Source: Tubiluchus corallicola (taxonomy: Eukaryota; Animalia; Priapulida). Taken from it: DNA of 64,000 nucleotides. This document shows positions 1 to 10,700 of the stretch, one piece after another (the first letter of the stretch is position 1; every line of letters starts with the position of its first letter). The DNA is taken from positions 305,840 through 369,839 of the forward strand of contig JAQGDQ010000220.1 of assembly GCA_030141605.1 (NCBI GenBank), written 5' to 3'. A program made the position numbers and the translations under genes. The notes beneath the pieces were generated by a model. It had not been told where the DNA came from. It was given only the letters and a program-made list of their open reading frames with translations, and did no database searches.

Positions 1-299
1 AAGGCTTATTGTAATTACAAAGTGTACATTGACTGAAGCTCGCTTTTCCACTTATCTGCCTGATGGTATTAATTTTCCATGTTACAGAGCCTAAATAATC
101 ATGTACGAAAGTTGAATACAATAAATAGAACCGACAATACTATTATTATTAATTTGTCATCATTATGAATTTTTCAGGTATTACGTTTGCATGCGTTCGT
201 CACAGCCCTGCAATGAATCCGCCCCAGATCATGATATTTTATTCGGAGAATCACAAATTATAGGTTGGATTGGACTGCTCTTCGCACTGGCTGTTGCCC

Positions 300-640
300 T
301 ATCGGGTATTTTGCTTACAAGTTTATTATACAAGAGCATTTTTGGGTTACTCGCTTGCCCTGTAACGTTCTCGCAATCTCGTTCTCGCTGCCGCTGCTCA
401 TGTAATAAGTTTTTAGCTAGTTTGTATATGTGACGTCAAAATATAGCATTGTTTGTATTCTATATTTTTATGTAAAGCAGATTCTGAGGCGACGCTCAAT
501 GGTATTTTAAATAACATGTTCACAAAGTCGATTCCTTGGCAATGCTAAACGGTGTTCTAGATGACATATCCAGACAAATAGGCAGAAAAAAACTTAATAA
601 GCGAATAACCCGATGCTTCACATTCCAGACTAGTTGTTGC
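300..640 (-). repeat. Dispersed repeat; second copy in opposite orientation at ~42228-42540
   Basis: Spurious ORFs share sequence (SLECEASGYSLIKFF at 557..799 - vs SPECEALGYSFIELF at 42190 +), and nucleotide similarity continues along both copies. Boundaries approximate; class unknown. Confidence 0.55.
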
Positions 641-1339
641 GAACGAATTCGCAAGTAGGACTATACGGAATACAGAGTAAGGCGGGAGGATAAAGAAAAG
701 TGTAGGTGAAGAAAGAACAATGGCGTAAACACGTTTTTTGTATTTTTGGGGTGCTGACAAGCCACTGTCATAGCAGTGTCTAGTTTTTTGCTGAATCACT
801 GCTGTGTTTACCAGTCTTGAGGGCAGATTTCTTTTATTTTAGATTTCTGCCTTCCCAGTGTCTACAATAGATGTAATGGGCATAGGATGACGATTTTTTT
901 TAGTAGATCGGAGAAGTCGAATAGTGAATCTGTTTCAACAAAAAGATCAGATGAATATTAAAGCGTTTTTATAGTGCCATATATGTTATCAGCCGTTGTT
1001 GTTGTTGTTAATAACGGTAAGACAATTAAAGAATAATGCACAGAAAGAATAGAGAAAAGTCTGTGCGTTACACTAGTTTCATTTTACGACATCTTAACTG
1101 CGTATAGCTTTTTACCGCCTATAACATTATTGTATTAATGTTGTTTTTCTCACAGCTTAATAGCCAAAAATACTTTATTTCAGTCATGTTAGCACAGAGG
1201 TGCATGGACAGGTTCACGTACCACCAGCAAATGTTTGTGCAAAAGTACAGAGATAAAGAGAGCGAACAGTTCAAAGAAGCAGCAGAGGTAAATACTCAAT
1301 TTAGTGCTAAAGATATTAAATTAAATTCATTACCATATC

Positions 1340-1535
1340 AGTGACGAATGTCAGAAAACAGGAAAAAACAGAAAAAGAAAAACTGCAAAAGAAAGAACGA
1401 ATGAAAACACGCACGAGAGAAAAAAATAAAAGATTAAAAAGAAAACAGAAAAAATAAAAGCAGGAGAGAATAAAAAAGAAAGAGAAAAAATGAAAAAAGA
1501 CAATAGAAAGAGGAAGAAGAGACACATAGAGATAG
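1340..1535 (+). repeat. Purine-rich (A/G) low-complexity tract
   Basis: Runs of GAAAA/AGAA; explains the Phe-rich ORF 1316..1525 (-). Confidence 0.7.
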
Positions 1536-2019
1536 ACGTCTAGTACAACAAATCTTTTTTCATGTCACAAATATAGTCCTGACTATTTCTGTCCTGGTGA
1601 CCAAAGTCGTGTTACACTTTTAGCAAAATACAAAACGAACGCATACTCGATCCTCTTAATCTCTCTCTTACCTTATACCAAGACCATGTCCACTTGTACC
1701 TCTGTTTACACTAAATAATCTGCACTGTAGATTTATGGACTTATTTTGTCTCCATGTCGTTAGAAACAAACTGTTGGTGTCCCCACATGCAAAGAAAGTG
1801 CTTGATCAGGGCTGTGGTGCACCAGCAGAGAGTGGGGAAACCACACGAGACGGGTGCATATTCTGATTACATTAGAAATCCAGGTTCTGTGACCATATCC
1901 TATATAACCACAGATGGGGTTGGGGTATAGGGAGATGGTCGCAGAAAGTACATAACAAGTAATCATCTCCCTAGCCGTGTGAATGTTTTCGTTAAATCTG
2001 GACCTAAAAACATGCTCCG

Positions 2020-2310
2020 AGGAAAGTACGCTACCCTTAGTGGCCTCTCTCTCTCTTTGACTGTGTGACCTAAGTACACTAAGAGGAAACAGCACTACCT
2101 GTAGTGGTCTGTCTAGCTGTTTATATTAGGTCCGAATCTACAAAGTACACTACGAGGAAGCTACATTACCCGTAGTGGTTTCTCTTTCTGGCTGTGTGAC
2201 TGTTAGGTCCAGATCTAAAAAGTACATTATGAGGATACTACCCGTAGTGGTCTCTTTGGGCTATATGACTGTTTACACTTGATCGGGATCAAAAAAGTAC
2301 ATTACTTGTA
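2020..2310 (+). repeat. Degenerate tandem repeat, ~4-5 units
   Basis: Recurring AAAGTACAC/T..GAGGA..CTACCCGTAGTGGTCTCT motif roughly every 55-80 nt. Confidence 0.6.
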
Positions 2311-2487
2311 GACAATTTAATGCCTAGTGTAAATAGGGTTATAATGGTTTTCTAAATTCTTTCCGAGAAGGTTTTACTACTTTTTACTACTAAGACCATA
2401 TGAACGGTTGCATAGTTGTAGGTCTACATAAAACTTTTGTGCAAATGCTTTAGTTTTTTGTCCATTTTGAAGCAAAAAGCAGAAGAG

Positions 2488-4049
2488 ATGGCAAAGGCAA
2501 ACATCGACAGCTTCTTCAACAAGAGCAGAAGAACAAAACTTGACTGGGATCACATATCCGTCGTGCCACTGTTAGAGCTGAGCGATTACGAAGAAGAGGT
2601 GCCAAGACGAATGAAAAGGAAAGTCGGGCGGAAAGTCATGGCGATAATGCCGGGCGTGATAAAAAATCTCGGTATGTGTCGAACAAACTTCATAATTAAA
2701 ATGATACTATAGGAGATTGTAGCTGTAGGTAAAATATTTAATATAATATTTAATGCTGGAATGTGATAGTGCCTGAATTGTCTGTGTGTGTCTTATAATC
2801 TAGAACCTAAAAAGGCATAAAATCAAAAAGTCATTTCACAGTTTTGTTGTGTGTCACGCGCAGTTGCTGTAGGTCAAAGATTAAGTGTATCACAGCAACG
2901 CATCTTAACTACAACCGTCACGTGACATGTATGTAAAGCAAAACCGTCCTCAGCATCAGTTCAGTGATTTCAATTGTTTTACGTAGACTTTACTTAATTA
3001 TACATTAGTCTCTGCATATATTTACTAGCAGGATCTTGCTTGGGAACAAGAAAAAATGAATTAAGTAAGTAAGGTTCTAGCTCTAGCTGTTAGAATTGTT
3101 ACTATTACGATAGCATGGGCTGCGAGGCGTTGTCACCTGTACACAAATACGTTGTCTGGTACACTTAACCGTAGACTTTTTCATCACCAATTGCTGAAAC
3201 TGTGAAAAGATTTATTGTCTGCTTTGTCTGGGTTTTATAACCTAGAACCTAAAAAAAATATCATTCAATCTGCCTAAAATGTGCTTTTAAAGTTGTTCTT
3301 ATATTTCTCCATTCTCTTTCTGTTACCTAAGTTGTTTAGAAATATTAACATAAATGTTTGCATGAGTAACTGATTATTTTTAAATTAAAAACTGAAGTAA
3401 TGGGTAATGGAAAGCATATCTTGTACATGAGAACATAGAAGCAGGCATTGGGTATGTTAATGAACAGTGAGCTACTTTGGCAGCTGGGCCAGATTATGAC
3501 CTCATGGGGCACCTATAACCTATTCCCGGGTCTCCATTTTAAAAGTTGAAATTTTATTTTAAATTGAATGAATTATTCGGGAATGAAAAGTATAAAAAAT
3601 ATTATATTCATTTTACAAAAAAGTTATGTTTGAAAGTCTTTTGAAAAGGCCCTCAAACTTGAAGAGTCCTAGATTGCACCCTATACTAGCCTAAGGGATA
3701 ATTCGGTCCTCTTCTGTAGCCAGCACAGTGTTACCAATTGCTGAGATCGTTGTTTTTCATTGTTTTTTCAGCTAAGCCTCCACAGAGTGAACCTTGTTTT
3801 ACACCCCTCCACAAATGGGCGCTTAAGGAGCGAGATCGCAAGAGAGCTGAAGAAGAAGCAGAAGAAAACATCCGTCTCCTCTCCGGCGAAGAGGCGCTAG
3901 GAGACAGACTTGACACAAAAGAAAATAACAATATCACTGCGGCGGGAACGACGGACTCCAACATGGTCTATCCAATAATGTTTGCTCCAGGCATGGGAGG
4001 AAACAGTGGTCCAAATGTTGGCTTCGCCATGCCACTAAAACCAATGTAA
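2488..4049 (+). CDS. Uncharacterised 2-exon protein (~153 aa)
   Basis: ATG 2488; exon 2488-2671 ends G|GTATGT; exon 3772-4049 follows TTTTTTCAG; the phase-1 join gives ...VIKNL-A-KPPQSEPCF...PLKPM*; AATAAA at 4350. No family recognised. Confidence 0.7.
2824..3217 (+). mobile_element. MITE family A (TIR ~CAATAAGCCTTTTCACAGTT), copy 1
   Basis: Ends TTTCACAGTT...AACTGTGAAAAGATTTATTG; the body recurs at ~20935-21314, ~45438-45735 and ~46095-46486. Confidence 0.75.
3484..3711 (-). mobile_element. hAT-like MITE, degenerate relative of 49791-50165
   Basis: Both ends resemble the reverse complement of the 49791-50165 termini (GGGCCAGATTATGAC...; ...CCCTATACTAGCCTAAGGGATAATTCGGTCCT). Confidence 0.55.
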
Positions 4050-4639
4050 TGAAGGCAAATGTGAAAGACTGAAAGTTCAATGTGAAAACGTAGTAATGCA
4101 ACAGTGTATACAGCATCAAAGATAGCTTTGTTAAAACAACTAAAAAGTTCTAACACTAAAAAGGTAGTTAGCCAGCTCACACAGGTGGATACCATATCAC
4201 ACCATGGAAAGGATGGACAGTGAAGGAGTGTAAGAGGATCATGTGTAGATACCTCTTTTAAGGCCATTTCAAGATCATGTCATGCAATTTTGAATCTCAT
4301 ATATAGGATATATATAGAAAGAAATGAATGCAAAATATTTTTGTACAAAAATAAACATGTACAGATTTTATTTTATTAAAACCCAATGTTTTCAGTTTTT
4401 CTTCTCATGTAATACACACGAGATATGTACACCTACATGCTGTCAGTTAAGTATCTGAAAATATTTTTGAATTAATTTCAATTTCTCAAAATATCTGCTT
4501 GTTTTTGTTTAAGTTAGGTGTCTGTTTATAATGTATAAAAGAATAATGGACCATGGTAAATATTTTTTAAAAAAAGAAAATTGTGCAACAGTAATAATTA
4601 TAATGTCTACAGAACATTAAACATTGAAGATAAGCCTAA

Positions 4640-4907
4640 CAGCGCATTCAGACTAGCAAGTTTTCTCGCCAAATTAAGTAACTTTCAAGCATGTTGAGAC
4701 TACAGAGCAAACTTGCTGTTAGTTACTCTGTGACAGTAAGCACGAGTTAACACTCACTACTTTATTCACTGCGAGAAGTATAGGGAGAAACATGCTGAGG
4801 TGTTCACACTAGACAGTAAATCACTCGCAGTAACTATTAGACAGTTTGCAATAACTTGCTGACAGTAACTCGCAAAGCAGTTCACACTTGCGAGTCTAAA
4901 CATGCTG
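4640..4907 (+). mobile_element. PIF/Harbinger (Tourist-like) MITE family B
   Basis: TAA duplication (4637-39 / 4908-10); imperfect TIR CAGC..TTCAGACT / AGTCTAAACATGCTG; homologous to the copies at 23312 and 27439. Confidence 0.7.
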
Positions 4908-5541
4908 TAATGGTTCAAGTTCTTTTAGCTAACCTTGACAACACGAACTTTGAATGGGAAAGAAATCAGTTCCTGTTAAATTAAAAAAATGACAGAAATC
5001 TCAAAATAGTTTCGTTGTTCTGAAAATCACAGCACTTGCATTCAACCTTTGGTATCTAAATCATACATATAATACTACATTGAGAGAATTCAAATGGCAA
5101 ACCCCAAGTAATATATTAAAAAGACAAAAAGATGATGGTATAAAATTCAACAATGCATTCATTTACATAAACAATGTTTCACAATATTTGGTATTTTACA
5201 TTATTACAGAAACCTACTGAATTCTATCGCAATGGTAGCATTTAAAACTAGATTTCTAGGTGAAAATCGTTTTTGTTACACCAATCATATTTCAGCAATT
5301 AGCATCCGACTGAGCGAATGTATTGGACTAATACTTTTCCACAATTTCACATTGTCAGCCAACAGTTAATGCTGATTTTACCAGTAAGGAATTCACACTG
5401 TCACATTTTATTCAACTATATGACTTGCTGTCTATGGAAGAAGTTGACAGTTGCTTGCTGATATTGGAAGAAAAACACAAAGGTCTTTGTCAAACTTTGC
5501 ACTCCATAGACTTTAACGTTAGACATTTTGTTTAAATTTAA

Positions 5542-6810
5542 AGGAAAACCAGATGATTGATTGGACTCAATCTCGTTTTAATTTACAGTCCAAAATATAT
5601 ATTTTCTTGCCTAAAACAGTTAGCAAATGTTTCTTATATTTGAATAATTAGCTTGAAAAGTTTATTAACGGCAACCAAACACAACTATCGCTTATGTACG
5701 TACATTTCCTTCTAGCGATATTCCACTTAAGATAATCACTGGTAGTTGTATTTCAACAGGTATTTTTCATAAAGTTGATAATTTCTCCCTTCTTGTCATT
5801 ACGTATACTTTTTCTTCTAGCAATATTCCACTTAAGATAGGTTATAATGTGTTTTCTGGTCATTTACTTAGGTATGCCAGGTTTATGTTCAAGTAAGGAA
5901 GAATTTTTGGTTAGATCAGCTAAGTTGTATGAAATTATGTCAAATAGCGGTTACTCTATGACGAGTCGTCGTCAATCTTGTGAAAACGTTTTTCAAGTTG
6001 CCATTTTCTTTTATTTAAGTTTGGTTGGTATTCGGTTAAGCAAGTGGCCACTGCCTTGACGTGATTTTGGTTATGAGAAACTTGTCTAGCCTTTTGTCGC
6101 TTTGTGGTCATGTTGTAGGGATCCCTTCTCTTGTTTGTCATTGATGCAGTTGGTTTACGTTGATGTTCTGTGTGTGCTTTGTATTATGTTATGACTGTAG
6201 TTATTACTGTAACACCTAAGTCTGGGCAGTAAATGTGATTGGGACCCTGCCGGGAGAGTTTAAAGACAGTGACTAGGGACTGAAATTTGAATTTTTCCCG
6301 GGGACTCACCCCTTTCCTTTGGTGGTAATTTTGTATGTGTGTGCCATTGTAGATTGTATGGTTTGTCTTTTTTTGTTGTTTGTGTGTGGTGCTGATGTCA
6401 TTTGAGTTTAATAACGTCATAAACTAAACACAGTTTGTGCAATGGTAGGCATCTTTCCTGCATGTCAACCATGTTTGTGTAAGCAAGATTGCTATAAGAT
6501 GTGATGTGACATCACGAAATTGAGCTCTATGTGACACTGACATTGCAAACGAAAACACTGCAATTCATGATCATGTTTATCACAGTACTGCTCCTATTTG
6601 TTGGCCACGCGAATGTGACAAAAAGGTGCTATTGCCAGCCTTAGTGGATTCGCTGAATTGAGCATAGCTTTGAAAGTTTAGCAAAATTTAACTATCCGAG
6701 ATAATTATTACTTAATCTAAACTTTGATTTAAAAAACGCTATTGTAGTTTTCAATATTTTAGAGGATGCTTTACTTTGAACTAATGTCTATGCTATTGTT
6801 TGGTTTTCCT
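5542..6810 (+). mobile_element. TTAA-specific (Kolobok-like) MITE family C, interrupted by a ~715-bp insert (~5698-6413)
   Basis: TTAA-AGGAAAACCA...TGGTTTTCCT-TTAA; the two halves are collinear with the uninterrupted copy at 15999-16540. Confidence 0.75.
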
Positions 6811-6894
6811 TTAACGTTAAACATTTTGTTTAAATTTAACATATCACAGATATGAAAGTATATGTATATTATCAATGTACAGCTTTAAAAAAAT

Positions 6895-7091
6895 AAACAT
6901 CTTTCTTGCATGGTAATTAACAACAAATGTTTTTAATGTATTTACAAGTCTAAAAACGTTTTTCATCTCTCTTTCTTCAGAAAACACATCAGAAAATAAT
7001 TAGTTGCAGGGTCAACAGAAGAAAAACGTTTCTAGACTTGTAAATACACCAATAAACATTTGTTGGTAATTGCCGTACAAGAGAGATGTTT
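6895..7091. repeat. Imperfect fold-back inverted repeat (~70-bp arms), probable MITE
   Basis: AAACATCTTTCTTG...TTTACAAGTCTAAAAACGTTTT pairs with AAAACGTTTCTAGACTTGTAAA...CAAGAGAGATGTTT. Confidence 0.7.
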
Positions 7092-7754
7092 GTTAAAGTT
7101 CTACCGAAATTTTGTACCCAAAAGAACTTGTTCATTACCAATGTACGCTTAAGAAAGAAAAGCAACTGAATTTAAACTATTTTACTTCAGAAAAATTCAT
7201 TAGAACTGCGACAAATTCATTTGCGTGCAGCATAATAACAGGGCATAAATGTAAAAATAAATGTTAAACATAAAAATATTGATAAAAATGCAACCCGTTA
7301 CTCTTCTAAATGTATTTTTAACAACCATCTTTTGATTGAGAATCCAGAACTTTATCGTTAATCAGTTTTTTCTCCTCTTAATAAAACTAAATGAGTAAAG
7401 ACTCAAAGGACTTTTAGTTCACCTTACTACAGTCTCCTATTTATCCCACAGATGGAAGATGGATGCGTAGCAGAAAGTCAACTAAGGCACCTCTGTTGGT
7501 TCACTGCCTCATCTTGACCCGCCATCACTCATCTTATAATAAGCTTTGTTTCACTCTATCACAACATAAAAGTGTGCCATCGAATGCCAGATGTTGGCTT
7601 GCAATGTTTCAGCTTGTACAAACAAGACATTTTATAGTAGTAGATTAAAAGTACCGAATCCTTATGTGATGTCGCTCATGTGAGGAAACATTTTTTGTCT
7701 CCCTTTCATTAACAATGGAAAGACAATAACGGCATATACCTTAACCTGTTAATG

Positions 7755-10700
7755 TTAACTTATCCCCGATTCGCTACCCACTCCCGAAGCCACCCCCTCA
7801 GACATCGTGTTAAGCTTTTCCATAGAATCGCTCCACTCCACACTGGATATGGTGGCTTGGCTAGCGGAGGAAATGGCATTGATCGCAGTAGTTGATTCAC
7901 TTGTCGATGCGGCTGCTAGTTCATCTGCTTCCTCACGAAGTGCTTCAGCTTTTTCATTAACAAGTGCCTAAGCAAAGAGCAAAACTTACCAAATATAGAA
8001 ACTGGAAATTGTTTAAATATAAAAGTTTGTCAAACTTTCTCTATAATTGGTGGCACTACCCAAGCCCACTGCCACTCTGTAAAAGGGCTAATGTTTGTAT
8101 ATTTGAATAATAACAGCTTCCAAATTCTAAATTTCACTGCACTGAGAAGAGAAGGATCATCTATGCTTAGACATAGCAGGTCTTCATGTAATGAAAGATG
8201 AGAAAAGTCCATGAATTCATCTATGGTTACCATTCAGCAACTGACCAGAGCTAAAGATACTAAACATTGACAATCTTTACCTGGAACTAAACTGCTAGGA
8301 GACAAACATTTTTTAGTTTATTTTTTTAATTAATCAGTGTTTAATCACTTCACTGTCTCTATGACAAGAATATCCCGCCATGAAAATACTATTCTGGCTG
8401 GCCATTATGAAGAGACTGTACCGTCAAGCTTAACATGCAAATTAACTGATGTGTACACGTGTAGCAATGATGCCTGGCATCTTGAATCAGCTAACGAAAA
8501 TAAACAGTGGTGCTGTCCTCTGATGGCCACAAGCATAGGCCACAAAATGTTTATAGCCATGACGTGTGCAGAACTCTTAGAAAAGACTGCTGTTATTACT
8601 GAGCTGCAGTCTGCTGTGTTGTAGCTTTTGTTTTTTTATCCTACATTTCCCAAAATGCTTTCAATTATAGCACATAAAGCAAAACTAATTTTAAAGTGGT
8701 GAAGCTGGTGTTGATGAACATGGTGGAACTCGTGAGGGTGGTGGAGAGCAGCTGCGGCAGCAGCAGTAGAAATTATTGGGGGTGTCAACAGCTAGGGAAT
8801 GGTAATGATAGGTCAGACACCAAGACTGATGGTGAAGTAGCAAAATTTGTAATCTGTAGCAATGATAAGTTTCCTTTTCTTAAAATATTCCCCTACTCCA
8901 GTTACAAACTGTGCGGCAGAGAAGTGTTTATATATCAAAGTGACAGTGAAAATTGTACATGTTTAAGCATTATTAGAATGTTAACACATAATGCAGTGTG
9001 AGTTTATCTTGCTAGGGACATACTGAAATTTTCCTGCAAATTTACAAGATTGTAACTGTATCTGCCAAAGACCAGTTAAGGAAATATAGGAAATTTATAG
9101 GAAAATAGGTAGAACAGGTACAATATTATAAGCATTTCACTTTCAGAATTTAAAATTTTCATTGTGATATTAAGACAAAATGCGCGGTGAGAAACTGCAA
9201 AGCTTGGAAACAGATGATAAAGTAACATTCACTGAAATTATCAAATCAGAATTAACGGAACGGCTTTGATTTGATGGAGGTTGTATTAGATGGTGGACAT
9301 TCAACATTTCCGTGTTTGAAGCTCTCACCTTTGCTGCAGCTACAATCTCTCTGGCAACCCGTTTCGGCAGGTGAACGATCTTAGATGAAAGCTCCATTGG
9401 ATCAGCATGAGCAACTTGAGGCAACATCTTATATCCAGCCTTGAACAATTGCTTCGCACGACCCTAGAAAATAAAAATCAATAAATAATAAAGCCACTTT
9501 TTACCACAATCTGAAAAAAAATTCTTTGAAGTGTAAAAATCGAAACTGCAGCTCCATTAATTTATCTCTTCGTGCACACTCCATTGTCTTCCGAGACAGA
9601 AGGATGCCAACAACAACTGTGAGTACTGTTGACACGCTTATAAAAAAAACTATTGCTCACAGAAGACATAAAAATCAAAAGCGGGATTAATGGGATCTAA
9701 AACATGGTTGCTATTGATAATCATTAAAGGAAGTCAAGCCTTCTGGGAAGTCAGTTAGGCTTTCAATGTGTGCAAAAAATATTAAAAGGACTTAGTAATA
9801 AAAGTATTATAAGCACCTTATTTCATTAGTTCAATCATCTTAAATTCACGATCATTTAAGGCTTGGGCGCTTCCACTTTGAATGCCCGTTCTTCCACCAG
9901 TGATGGACGTCATTCATTGACTTAACAAGTTTTTACAAAAAATTAGAAAGCTAATTTGGTCAAATTTTTGCATGAACATTAGGTAAGCTGCAAAAGTTTG
10001 AATTAATTTAAGCAGCGCGTGCTTACAGAAAACCATGATGCACTTATGAAACGTCATGATGTTTGCCAGTTACGTCAAAGTTTTCAAATGAATAGCAACT
10101 ACCATGGTGCCTACAAATTTCTATACAGCAGTACTATAAACTAACCTTATGCTTTGTAGACAACTTTTCGAAAATTTCTTTGTTATATTTTTCTAAATTT
10201 TGGTGTTAGCAGTAAAATAAACCCAGCATGTTAAGTAACTTGTCCTTTCCTTAAATGTATGTGGTTTGCAGTGTTGTAAATCTCAGTTTGCACTTCTTCC
10301 TGATTTAACATCTGTATATATTATTTTTTTGTTCCATTCCAGCCTAACATTTCAGTCTAGCTAAAAATTATCTAACACCTCAAAACCCCACCCCACCCCC
10401 AGCACCAACTAACAATGCAGTATTTTCTGCTGGTTTAGTGTTGGTAGTTGTCAAAAATACTACACCTGTTTTACTCCAGGAATGTCTAATAGGGGCTCCA
10501 ACTCTGCTATTGCACAATACACAAAGCGTTTTAGAAAGTTTCCCAATAAATCCTGGTAAGCCCAAAACTCTTCAAGTTCCTGCATTGAGAAAGATCAATT
10601 TATAAGATGCTTTTTTGATAAGAAATGGTGATCAGTGTGACCAAATTAGTCACGAACGAAACATGCACGAAAAAATCAGTCAAACGTTTCACTTGTGAGC

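Noticed and set aside
2488-4049. MRPS18C (HELQ neighbour in human)
   Set aside because: No ribosomal S18 motif in the translated sequence.
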